Shown here piece by piece: positions 41,517 to 49,887 of a stretch of 64,000 nucleotides of DNA; within the stretch, counting starts at the first letter, position 1; every line of letters starts with the position of its first letter. The notes beneath the pieces are model-generated. The model did no database searches. It was not told the DNA's origin and saw only the letters and a list, made by a program, of their open reading frames with translations. Origin of the DNA: Candidatus Bathyarchaeota archaeon (GTDB taxonomy: Archaea; Thermoproteota; Bathyarchaeia; Bathyarchaeales; Bathycorpusculaceae); the NCBI GenBank assembly GCA_963767735.1, contig CAVYES010000005.1:416001-480000 (forward strand), read 5' to 3'. A program made the position numbers and the translations under genes.

Positions 41517-42062
41517 TTACTGAAAAACCAGAGGTAGTATTTTTGCGCCTTGTGGTATTACAAGTGGTTTTACGTCATTGATGATGTTAGCTGTCTTAGC
41601 CTCTATAGGAGTTAAAGTCTTTGCTTCGAGAAACATCTCTTTGACTTTATCCGAATCAAGTTTCGAGTTTGCGACAATAATGTCAGTTATTAGTTTTTGG
41701 TCTCGTTCAATGCTCAGTAAGCCCTCTTTGATTTGTTTTTCATCAAATCTCGCTTGCTGTAATATGTTCAAAGCTACGCCATGAAATAGAAATGATGAGT
41801 TTGGAACAGCATATCTTTCGGTACCAGCTAATAATACAATATTGGCGATTGAGTCAACTATCCCGATATTGAACGTTATAGTTTTTATTGGAAGCGACTT
41901 GATGTAGTTGAATAATGTAATTCCACTGTTTGTCGCTCCTCCAGGTGAAGACAGCATTAGACAAACCTCTTTTTCACCTATGTTTACTTGTTCTGCCAAG
42001 ACACTCATTAGAGTTTGAGAAGTCTTACCATCGATTCCTGCGTGGAAATTAATAAACAACAT
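41517..42062 (-). CDS. ClpP-like serine protease (cargo)
   Basis: LSSPGG, VDSIA, FLFHG, LTPIEA. Confidence 0.85.
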   Translation of the reverse strand: MLFINFHAGIDGKTSQTLMSVLAEQVNIGEKEVCLMLSSPGGATNSGITLFNYIKSLPIKTITFNIGIVDSIANIVLLAGTERYAVPNSSFLFHGVALNILQQARFDEKQIKEGLLSIERDQKLITDIIVANSKLDSDKVKEMFLEAKTLTPIEAKTANIINDVKPLVIPQGAKILPLVFQ

Positions 42063-42190
42063 TGGATTAGCTCCTTATTCTACTTTGAATTGCCTTTGCA
42101 TATAAGTTTATGCACTACCCGATACCGTAAAGTTACCCATAACAAACCTTAAGCCAACTTCTTCTAATACCGTCTTTCGAGGGATTAAGG

Positions 42191-42700
42191 ATGCCCAATG
42201 AAGAAATCAACAAAACAAAACAGAAAATTATAGAATGGTTAAAGGAAGAGGGATTCTCGGCAGAAGAAAAACAAGACCCAAATGCTTACTTTAATATTCA
42301 AGCAACAAAAGGCAGAATAAATGTGAACATTATCCAAAACCCACCTTTCAATGATAGTATCTTCATTGGTGGAAACATCGCCGTTGCTCCAGAACAACAA
42401 GCGCTTCTGAAATCAAGGAGTCGAGATAAAAGGGAAGATTTCATTTGGGATTTACAAATGAGCCTCGCAGCGAACAATGAATTAGGCGATTTTGCGCTAA
42501 AACCCAATCCACCTGACGATATACAAACCATTTTTGTTTCCTCTCGGAGAATCTACTATGATGAACTGACTAAAGGGAAACTCTTTACTTCAATCAATAT
42601 TGTCATGAAAAACATCATATTGACTATTTGGAAACTGCAAAAATTTGTTGGAATGCATATGCCCAAAACGCCTGCAACAAAGCAAGATTATTCTACGTAA
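42191..42700 (+). CDS. DUF2299-like hypothetical protein (cargo)
   Basis: IIEWLKEEGF, FIWDLQ, IYYDELTK pattern. Confidence 0.65.
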   Translation: MPNEEINKTKQKIIEWLKEEGFSAEEKQDPNAYFNIQATKGRINVNIIQNPPFNDSIFIGGNIAVAPEQQALLKSRSRDKREDFIWDLQMSLAANNELGDFALKPNPPDDIQTIFVSSRRIYYDELTKGKLFTSINIVMKNIILTIWKLQKFVGMHMPKTPATKQDYST

Positions 42701-42794
42701 AGTAATGCCCTTTCTTTCTTAATTGATAGAATACCTGAAGGTCTTCTTCTTTCTTTAGGTGGTACACATTCTTCAGGTTGCTGAATGCCTGAAC

Positions 42795-43079
42795 AGCCTC
42801 ACATATCCCTAATTTCTTTAGTTAGGCGTTATGAACAAAGGTAGTGTATGATAATTAAACAAAGGTAGTGTATGATAAGTGAGAGTAATTACTAATGAAC
42901 TGAGGATATACTACCTTTCTTGACGTGCTCAGTGTTCTTTCTGGCATGCCCTGAATCAAAAAAAACACATGCGCGAAGTGGCAATGGTTCGTCATTCCGA
43001 AGCGCAGAACCCTGAGGGCTCTTGGGGTCATGCTCGTATCGTTCCATGAGGAATCAACAAAGCAATTATTTTTTTTTTG
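42795..43079 (-). repeat. Right terminal inverted repeat (285 bp)
   Basis: Reverse complement of 34611-34895. Confidence 0.95.
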
Positions 43080-43092
43080 ATTAAATTTTAAT
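43080..43092 (+). repeat. 13-bp flanking direct repeat ATTAAATTTTAAT (right)
   Basis: Identical to 34598-34610. Confidence 0.8.
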
Positions 43093-43459
43093 CCAACCAA
43101 CCAACGAAAAAGTAAGGAAAAGTTAGACCTTTTTGAAAAGGTTGCAGGTGTTACTCAGTTCGGCATAGGCATATCACATAAGGTTAAGGTATAGTATGTG
43201 TAGTATCGGAATCGAGTAAACACTCAAAACTATGGAAAAAATAAGAAAAAATAAAGGAAAAAGAGATAAGGGTTCTGGTAACTTCGTTGGATAGTTTTTC
43301 GGTGTAAACTGTCTTGGGATATTTTTCTCGGTGTTAAGTTTCATGGGACACTTGTTTATGTGTTAATTTATATATATATATATAGATTATTAAGAGAAGC
43401 TATATTAGCTCCCCAATGGATACTCTCTGCTTCCGAACATAAGTAGAGGTGAAAAAAGA

Positions 43460-43648
43460 ATGCTTTCAAGAGATTGCGATGGCTGCTCAATGCTTAAGGC
43501 ATGCAGTGTACGATACAAAAAAACTTTAAAAGGTGACAAAGTCTACTGCCCAGACGGAACAGCACACCTGATTGACTGTGACAGCATAAAGCAAAGCACC
43601 GATATAATCTGTGTCTTTGAAGCGAGTCAATTAATCGAAAAAACTTAA
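43460..43648 (+). CDS. Small Cys-rich hypothetical protein
   Basis: GAGGTGA site; CDGC..C..YCPDG..H. Confidence 0.65.
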   Translation: MLSRDCDGCSMLKACSVRYKKTLKGDKVYCPDGTAHLIDCDSIKQSTDIICVFEASQLIEKT

Positions 43649-43833
43649 AGATTAGCGACTAAACAGAAAAACTGAAAAAAAATCAAAAAACCATAATTGC
43701 CCCTTAAGCTGTTTTTGCAGCGTTTTGTATTAGTGTTTTCCATTTGTTTTCGCCTTCGATTGTTATTTCACATGCTCACTCGGAGTTTTGCCGTCTAAGG
43801 CTTCTGTGCGGTTTTTTAGTGATTTAAAACCTT

Positions 43834-44058
43834 TCAGCGGAAAACCGTGCAGTCATTTGCTTCTCTCATCGTTAACCCGTGTTTGAGGGCAAAATTAGTT
43901 AAGAGGGTTTTTTCGCTGTTTCCGACAAGCCATTTAACGTGTAGTTCCCAATCTTGCGATTTTTCAGCCTGTACTGTATACACTATAGGTGTGCCTTTCA
44001 CCGTTTCAAAGATAACCAACAACTCATCAAGTATTGAAAGAGCCTCTTCTCTATTCAT
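43834..44058 (-). CDS. Small hypothetical protein (MxREEA family)
   Basis: Similar to 45362-45613. Confidence 0.65.
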   Translation of the reverse strand: MNREEALSILDELLVIFETVKGTPIVYTVQAEKSQDWELHVKWLVGNSEKTLLTNFALKHGLTMREANDCTVFR

Positions 44059-44184
44059 AATCCGCAATATATGCGGAACTAATTTAAAGATTTTTGGAAT
44101 GCGGTTAAAAAAAATTACTTCTCAGCGTGGAATTGCAATTTTCTATCTTGTATCACACTCAAGCGCGCGCAACTATTAAATTGC

Positions 44185-44355
44185 TCATTCTTTTGCCTCA
44201 ATGATTAATCGCCAATCTGTTATCGTAAGCTCTAGGTGTTGTCCATCATTCCAGCCTAATTCGTTGACTGCCTCTTCTGGAATGACTATTACATGTTTGT
44301 ATTGACGTTTGTCCTTGTCCTTGTAATCAAGTTGCTTCTGGAGTTTAGATTTCAT
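44185..44355 (-). CDS. AbrB/MazE-like 56-aa protein
   Basis: KHVIVIPEEAVNELGWNDGQHLEL; GAGG site. Confidence 0.7.
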   Translation of the reverse strand: MKSKLQKQLDYKDKDKRQYKHVIVIPEEAVNELGWNDGQHLELTITDWRLIIEAKE

Positions 44356-44596
44356 TTTTGGGATTCCTCAAATTTGTAAATCAAGAGGAAACAAATACGT
44401 GATAGGGTACATTCTTTTTCTTTAACCAACAATGTTTACTTCCAGCTTCAATTGTTAAACATGAAAAGCTATTATGAAGGTTTGTGGGCACAAAAAGAGG
44501 CAACAAACGTTCAGAATCACAAATAGACGAATTTTTACATCAAAAATAAAGTAAGTCTTAAATCTGCGCGTCGCGCAGTTGAAAATTTACCATTTA

Positions 44597-44950
44597 TTAT
44601 GTCGATTTGACAAACGAGCTTTTTTCCTTAACTGAGTGTAGGTATACCTGTGGAATTTTATAGCTGATGGTGTTTGCGTAATTTTTTTGACTGGTACACA
44701 CCTCAACGCTAATTTCTTTATCATCTGAATCTTCCGAAGGATTACTAACAAAGAGTATGTCCATGTTTCCTATACGAAAGTGTAAGTGAGCTCCTTTAGC
44801 TTTCTCTAATAATAAAATTACTGTATTCATTTGTTGCTGGCTCAAGCCTAATGCTATCCGAATATCATCTAGAAAAGTAATTATATTCTTTGCAGATGCG
44901 GTAACCAAAGGAGATTTTTCCTTCAACATTCTAATCATCCGTGAGGTCAC
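44597..44950 (-). CDS. Hypothetical protein
   Basis: 117-aa ORF. Confidence 0.5.
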   Translation of the reverse strand: MTSRMIRMLKEKSPLVTASAKNIITFLDDIRIALGLSQQQMNTVILLLEKAKGAHLHFRIGNMDILFVSNPSEDSDDKEISVEVCTSQKNYANTISYKIPQVYLHSVKEKSSFVKST

Positions 44951-45233
44951 GTTTCACAGTGTTTTCAATTTAAGCTTTATGAAGTTGAGATTAATTACGG
45001 AATCGCATCCTTTGAATTTATTTCCACAGTAATTCTAATAGGTGTCTTATTGAATTCTCCTTGCAAATCCACAGTGTACCTTGTCCCATTTCGTCTTTTT
45101 GTCTCTTGTGGTTATTAAGCGCGGCGCGCTGAAAACATATATCCAAATTGGATGCGTTCTATTGTTGCGACAAGATGTTACACCAAATACTAATATCGTC
45201 ATGAAGCAAGACTTAAGGTGAGGCGTCATCCGA

Positions 45234-45359
45234 GTGGCTGAATGCCCTTACTGCCATAATGAAGTTTCTAAAACTCAGGCTAAATTACAGAACAGCTTCT
45301 TCACAATCGAAACCTTCACATGTGATAGATGCGGAAGAAGATTCACTGTAACAAAATAA
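45234..45359 (+). CDS. 41-aa zinc-finger protein
   Basis: MAECPYC...FTCDRCGRRF after GGTGAGG. Confidence 0.65.
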   Translation: MAECPYCHNEVSKTQAKLQNSFFTIETFTCDRCGRRFTVTK

Positions 45360-45361
45360 CT

Positions 45362-45613
45362 CTATTCTGTTTTTTTGGGTTTGTAGACTATTACTTCGCC
45401 TTTCTCTTCTCGCACAGCTAAGTTATGTGATTTAGCGATATGGACAATCTGTTCTTTGACTGAGCCATCTGATAACATTGTAATACATATTTGATAGCCT
45501 TCTGAGGTTGGGTCACCTATTTTCGATAACTTTAGGTTAAAGGAGTTTGACCCCATGTGTTCACCTAAATTCAGGATTTCTTTATAGATAGCGACTGCTT
45601 CCTCTCTCTTCAC
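45362..45613 (-). CDS. Small hypothetical protein (MxREEA family)
   Basis: MKREEAVAIYKEIL...IAKSHNLAVREE. Confidence 0.65.
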   Translation of the reverse strand: MKREEAVAIYKEILNLGEHMGSNSFNLKLSKIGDPTSEGYQICITMLSDGSVKEQIVHIAKSHNLAVREEKGEVIVYKPKKTE

Positions 45614-45710
45614 GTGCTTCCCCAAGTTCGCTACCTGCGTACAAACTATTAAACTTGTGTAGCTGTAAACGTCCAGCAACAGAGCGGCTGCTATATTCAA
45701 ATCAAGCGCG

Positions 45711-46812
45711 CTGGCTTGTCCCTTAATTAAGTAAACGTTTATTTTTGAGTTGGGGCCTCGTTTCAAATGAGTTACGTCCAAGCTTAGGAGGTGACCCCAA
45801 GCGGGACAAGATGAACACGAGACCCTAGAAACCCTCTTCAGAAACGTAGACTTAAGTTTTGCTAAAGCAGCCTTACTCGACTGCTTCCATTCCGATGGTC
45901 CAGGAAGACCCCCCAGAAACCCAATGGGACTTTTCAGAACCTTCATCGTTATGCGCATGAAGGGCGTTCGCAGCCTAAGAGAAATGACCAGACTACTCGA
46001 CGCAGACCCAAGACTTAGACGATTGTGCCTCATCAAACCAGCCGAAAAAGGTTACCCACGAAGCGTTCTCAGCAGGTTCATCCGCAAAGTTGGAGAAATC
46101 CGCCTCATTAACATAATAGACGAGAAAGTTGTTAAGCTCTCGAAACACAGCAGTGCAAGAGACGTTGATTCCATTTTTGATGCTTCCTTTATAGATGCGT
46201 GGAGTACACGTGATCCACTGGACAACCAGACCGGCTATTCAGACAAGGAAGCCAGAGTCGGACGCGCAGGCAGATCATTCGGACTCGGCTACAAGCTGCA
46301 CTTAGCTATCGATTCTGCGACTATGCTTCCTTTAGCCTGCATTTTTGCTTCGGCTAATCAGAACGAGCAGAAACACTCATTGAACCTGCTGGAGAAGACC
46401 AAGCTGATTCTCAAGCAGTCTGAGGCTAAATTGAGAAGTGTGATAGCTGACAGCCAGTACAGCGACGGCAAACTCAGAGACGCTGTCGACGCTGCGGTGA
46501 TACCGTATCGTTCAAACCAGAAACGGGACGTTAAGGGCTTGCTGAGAGTGGACAAGAAGTTTCGAGCCTATGGACCGGAAGAACAGAAGAAGGAGTACCA
46601 CAAAAGACCTCATGTAGAGGCAGTCTACAGCTTCCTAAAGACACAGTACAGCCTAACCGTCAATAAAGTAAGAGGCTTAGGCAACGTAGCTTCATATGCG
46701 CTCTTTAGCATTCTATGCTTAGTTCTGAACCGAGAGGCGGCAGAAAACTTCGGAAGATACGATAAAGCAGTCTCACCAACATACTTCAACACGTAATATC
46801 GGGACAAGGCAG
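45711..46812 (+). mobile_element. Insertion sequence (IS5/IS1182-like DDE)
   Basis: IRs CTGGCTTGTCCC / GGGACAAGGCAG, flanked on both sides by CGCG. Confidence 0.85.
45924..46796 (+). CDS. DDE transposase; 5' region appears disrupted
   Basis: FDAS, GYKLH, ADSQY, R..VE..S.LK; frame open upstream (GPGRPP) but ATG 45767 meets a TAG and a frame break. Confidence 0.85.
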   Translation: MGLFRTFIVMRMKGVRSLREMTRLLDADPRLRRLCLIKPAEKGYPRSVLSRFIRKVGEIRLINIIDEKVVKLSKHSSARDVDSIFDASFIDAWSTRDPLDNQTGYSDKEARVGRAGRSFGLGYKLHLAIDSATMLPLACIFASANQNEQKHSLNLLEKTKLILKQSEAKLRSVIADSQYSDGKLRDAVDAAVIPYRSNQKRDVKGLLRVDKKFRAYGPEEQKKEYHKRPHVEAVYSFLKTQYSLTVNKVRGLGNVASYALFSILCLVLNREAAENFGRYDKAVSPTYFNT

Positions 46813-47189
46813 CGCGGGGTAACTTTTCTTATATTTTTTACCCCTAATGCCATTATTTTAATTAATTTACGAGGGGTAACTTTTACTGAACTTCTTACTC
46901 CTCATACCAATACCTAACTACAATATACCTTAGTGACCTATCAAAAGTCTTTACCTAACGTTATTTTTTTTTATTAAAATTTAATCCCACATGCATTTCA
47001 GCAATTTTACTTCGAACACCAAGCCATATGTTGCGAGCGCGCGAATATATATTTTTCAATTTTTGGCTGTGATTATGCACATACACCGTTTTCACATTCT
47101 TCATAAAGTCTTCTTCTCATCCTTAACACAAATCTTAACAAAGAAAAGATGTGAGAGGTTGAAAACGATTAAGACGGCTACGACTTAAG

Positions 47190-47483
47190 CTAAGAGTGGG
47201 GTGCCGTGAGCATTTTGGTGGCTTCTGCCTCTGTCCAAGCCTTCATCGTCATCGTGCGGATGTTTCCCATGCTGCCTGTGCACAAAAGAATTGCCGCCAT
47301 ATCTTCATCTTTGGGAATTTCAACAAAAAGCACAAAATCATATTTTCCCATGGTTGTGAAGAACTTCATTTTTCCGCCAGCTTTTTCAATCATTTCTCTG
47401 GCTGCTTTGACTCTTTCCGGAGATTCTGTCACGTTTTTTATACCCTGTTCGGTCCAGTTTCCAAGAATAATAAAATTCGACAA
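47190..47483 (-). CDS. GYD-domain protein
   Basis: WTEQGIKN, MGKYD, GNIRT.T. Confidence 0.85.
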   Translation of the reverse strand: MSNFIILGNWTEQGIKNVTESPERVKAAREMIEKAGGKMKFFTTMGKYDFVLFVEIPKDEDMAAILLCTGSMGNIRTMTMKAWTEAEATKMLTAPHS

Positions 47484-47601
47484 AAATAATCACCAATATA
47501 ACTTTGGAAAATTGACTATAAAAGTGTTCTGACCATCAGGAAACAATGGAAACTAACAGTACGTTGAGCTTTGTATTTCTCCGGGAACGCTTAATTTTGG
47601 T

Positions 47602-47892
47602 TCATTTTTTTTTGGTTTGTTTAGGTACATAATCAAAGAATTTTTCAATAGTATCTTCAGAGGTCCATTCCGAGCGCATTCGCGTTTTCTTTTCAGCCCT
47701 GCGCAGCTCGGAGAGTAGCATGCGGTTTAAGTCTCTAGCGTTTTCGCCTTTGAATTCAGCGTTGACCTCGAACCCGTCGGCGGTTGGTTTGATGGAGCTG
47801 TTGTTGCCAACTACTCGTTCTAACACTGGTTTTATAGCTGAGGGATTAGCGCTGCTCACTTGTGCAGACAGCTTGAATTTTCTCTCGGACAA
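47602..47892 (-). CDS. Hypothetical protein
   Basis: 96-aa ORF with GAGG site. Confidence 0.7.
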   Translation of the reverse strand: MSERKFKLSAQVSSANPSAIKPVLERVVGNNSSIKPTADGFEVNAEFKGENARDLNRMLLSELRRAEKKTRMRSEWTSEDTIEKFFDYVPKQTKKK

Positions 47893-47913
47893 AAATTGTC
47901 GATCCTCTTCAGT

Positions 47914-48117
47914 TTACATGGGTTTAATGTGCGTGAGTCTTTCCGAATGTAATTGTCCTCCCGTTGCCCAATTGCTCTTTGGCGCCTCATAAATAACGAT
48001 CTCGACTGCCTCCCTGCGAACCCCTAAATCTTCAAAAACCTTAGTTATCCCTTCGACTGTTTTCTTCTTATTCTCAAGGGTCATGCCTTCCCAAACAGAA
48101 ACCTGAACTATTGGCAT
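47914..48117 (-). CDS. 4-oxalocrotonate tautomerase family protein
   Basis: N-terminal Pro, NWATGG. Confidence 0.9.
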   Translation of the reverse strand: MPIVQVSVWEGMTLENKKKTVEGITKVFEDLGVRREAVEIVIYEAPKSNWATGGQLHSERLTHIKPM

Positions 48118-48531
48118 TTCATTTTACCTCAAATTAACACATTCTTCGTTTCCCTAATTAATGTATTCTCAATGACAGTGAAGCTGAAACCAGGTGCAGT
48201 GCAACTACCACAAAATCATTTATTCTTGTGTTTTTTCTGCATTAAAAAAACAGGCTTTTCTATGTTGAAAAGCATCATTCTACATTCAAAGTGCCGGTCT
48301 TCGTTCTATGCACATTTATGTTGAATCATATTTGAAGCATATTAGAAGCATCTAGTAGACCGGGTAGGTAGGTTGTGCACACACAAATACCTCAAGACAA
48401 AAAACGAACGCTGAATACATATCCTCCTGAAAATTCTAAACATCAAGCTTTCCTGAAAGTTTGTCACTATTTAAATATAGAAAGCTATTTTCATATTCCA
48501 GCAAATAACTAACAATCTAGGCGCAACTTGG

Positions 48532-49563
48532 ATGGAAAGAAAAGATTACTTAGAAACTCCGGTTAAGCACATAAAAATAAACGGTACGCTAACAGTTGAC
48601 CAGTTGATGCAGCAGTTCAAAAACTCAGGTGCCTTAGGCGCTGGAAGACTTTCCACGGCATGTGACATTTATGAGAAGATGCTCAAGGATAAAGATTGCA
48701 CGGTATTCTTGGCGCTTTCAGGTGCAGTTGTGCCTGCGGGCATGCGTACGTTAATCACTGACTTAATAAGAAAAAGGTTTGTCGATGTGATTGTCAGCAC
48801 GGGCGCATGCATGGTTCATGACGCCATAGAAGCTGTCGGTGGACATCATTACAAGGGAACATGGGCAGTCAACGACAACGAACTCTACAAGTACCACGTA
48901 TTTCGCATTTACGATATTTTTGTTCCCGAAGAAGACTACGTTAAGTTAGACTTCAAACTGTCAGAAATGTACGATGACATTGCATTAGAACACAAAGGAG
49001 AAAGCTTAGCTTCAAACGAGTTCAGCTGGGAAATCGGCAAACGCCTAATCGACCCAAACTCCATACTGCGAGCCGCCTACGAAGAGAACGTGCCCATTTT
49101 CTTGCCGTCCGTTCGTGACTCAGAATTTGGCTTCATCCATTGGCTTCACGCAGCCCAGAAAAACGGTAAGCCTGTGCTTCAGGTTGACGCTTTCAAAGAT
49201 GTGCCAACTATATGCGGCATCAGCGCGAAATCACCCAAAAACGGGATGATAGTTATCGGCGGCGGAGTCCCACGCAACACTATTCAATCATCGGTGTTAG
49301 CGTCAAAGAAAGGCTTAGATTACGCTGTGGTAATCACTCTGGACCGTCCTGAAACAGGCGGCTTATCTGGCTCTACATTGGAGGAGACGGTGAGTTGGGG
49401 GAAAATGAAGGGCGGAGCAGACCATGTTACGGTTATTGGTGAAGCATTGATGGTTTTCCCGTTTCTGGTTGCTTCCGTAACCGAACGATTAGGAATGGGC
49501 TTCAAGCGCAACCCTGTTTCGCTGCTTAGAAAAACCAGCAAGCCAAGGAAGCAAAAATCATGA
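48532..49563 (+). CDS. dys: Deoxyhypusine synthase family protein
   Basis: SGAVVPAG, RIYDIF, GGGVP, GGLSGS..E.VSWGK. Confidence 0.9.
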   Translation: MERKDYLETPVKHIKINGTLTVDQLMQQFKNSGALGAGRLSTACDIYEKMLKDKDCTVFLALSGAVVPAGMRTLITDLIRKRFVDVIVSTGACMVHDAIEAVGGHHYKGTWAVNDNELYKYHVFRIYDIFVPEEDYVKLDFKLSEMYDDIALEHKGESLASNEFSWEIGKRLIDPNSILRAAYEENVPIFLPSVRDSEFGFIHWLHAAQKNGKPVLQVDAFKDVPTICGISAKSPKNGMIVIGGGVPRNTIQSSVLASKKGLDYAVVITLDRPETGGLSGSTLEETVSWGKMKGGADHVTVIGEALMVFPFLVASVTERLGMGFKRNPVSLLRKTSKPRKQKS

Positions 49564-49778
49564 GCGGTAACGAAGCTGGAAAATACTGCGGCAACTGCGA
49601 CGGCCACAACTCATACGATTACCCCACCAAAGTTTTCTGCTCAACCCGCCACGCTCAAAACAAAAACCCCATAGTTGACACCCTGTGGTACTGCAGTGAC
49701 TGGAATAAGATTAGCCAAGACTGTTACTGTGTCCGAGAAGCATTAAAGAAAAACGGCAACGAAACAACGCAACGTTAA
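49560..49778 (+). CDS. Small Cys-rich protein
   Basis: CGNCDGH..C..H..C..CYC; overlaps dys stop. Confidence 0.7.
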   Translation: MSGNEAGKYCGNCDGHNSYDYPTKVFCSTRHAQNKNPIVDTLWYCSDWNKISQDCYCVREALKKNGNETTQR

Positions 49779-49814
49779 AGTTATAATAGTGAAGCATGTT
49801 TTGGTGTTGGTTGA

Positions 49815-49887
49815 AGCCCGGTGGTGTAGTGGTCAAGCATAGGGGCCTCTGGAGCCTCTGACGAGAGTCCGAATCTCTCCCGGGCTA
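49815..49887 (+). tRNA. tRNA-Gln (CUG)
   Basis: 73-nt cloverleaf; anticodon arm GGGGC-CT-CTG-GA-GCCTC. Confidence 0.95.

Larger units (their letters stand above)
34611..43079. mobile_element. Casposon-like element (solo Cas1, 285-bp TIRs, 13-bp TSD) lacking PolB
   Basis: TIRs 34611-34895 and 42795-43079, flanking direct repeat, intact cas1, no CRISPR array or cas2. Confidence 0.85.

Noticed and set aside
43368-43384. (AT)n run
   Set aside because: Short simple repeat with no further evidence of function.
45362-46036. 224-aa ORF on the minus strand
   Set aside because: Chimeric: antisense IS sequence read into a real small gene starting at 45613.
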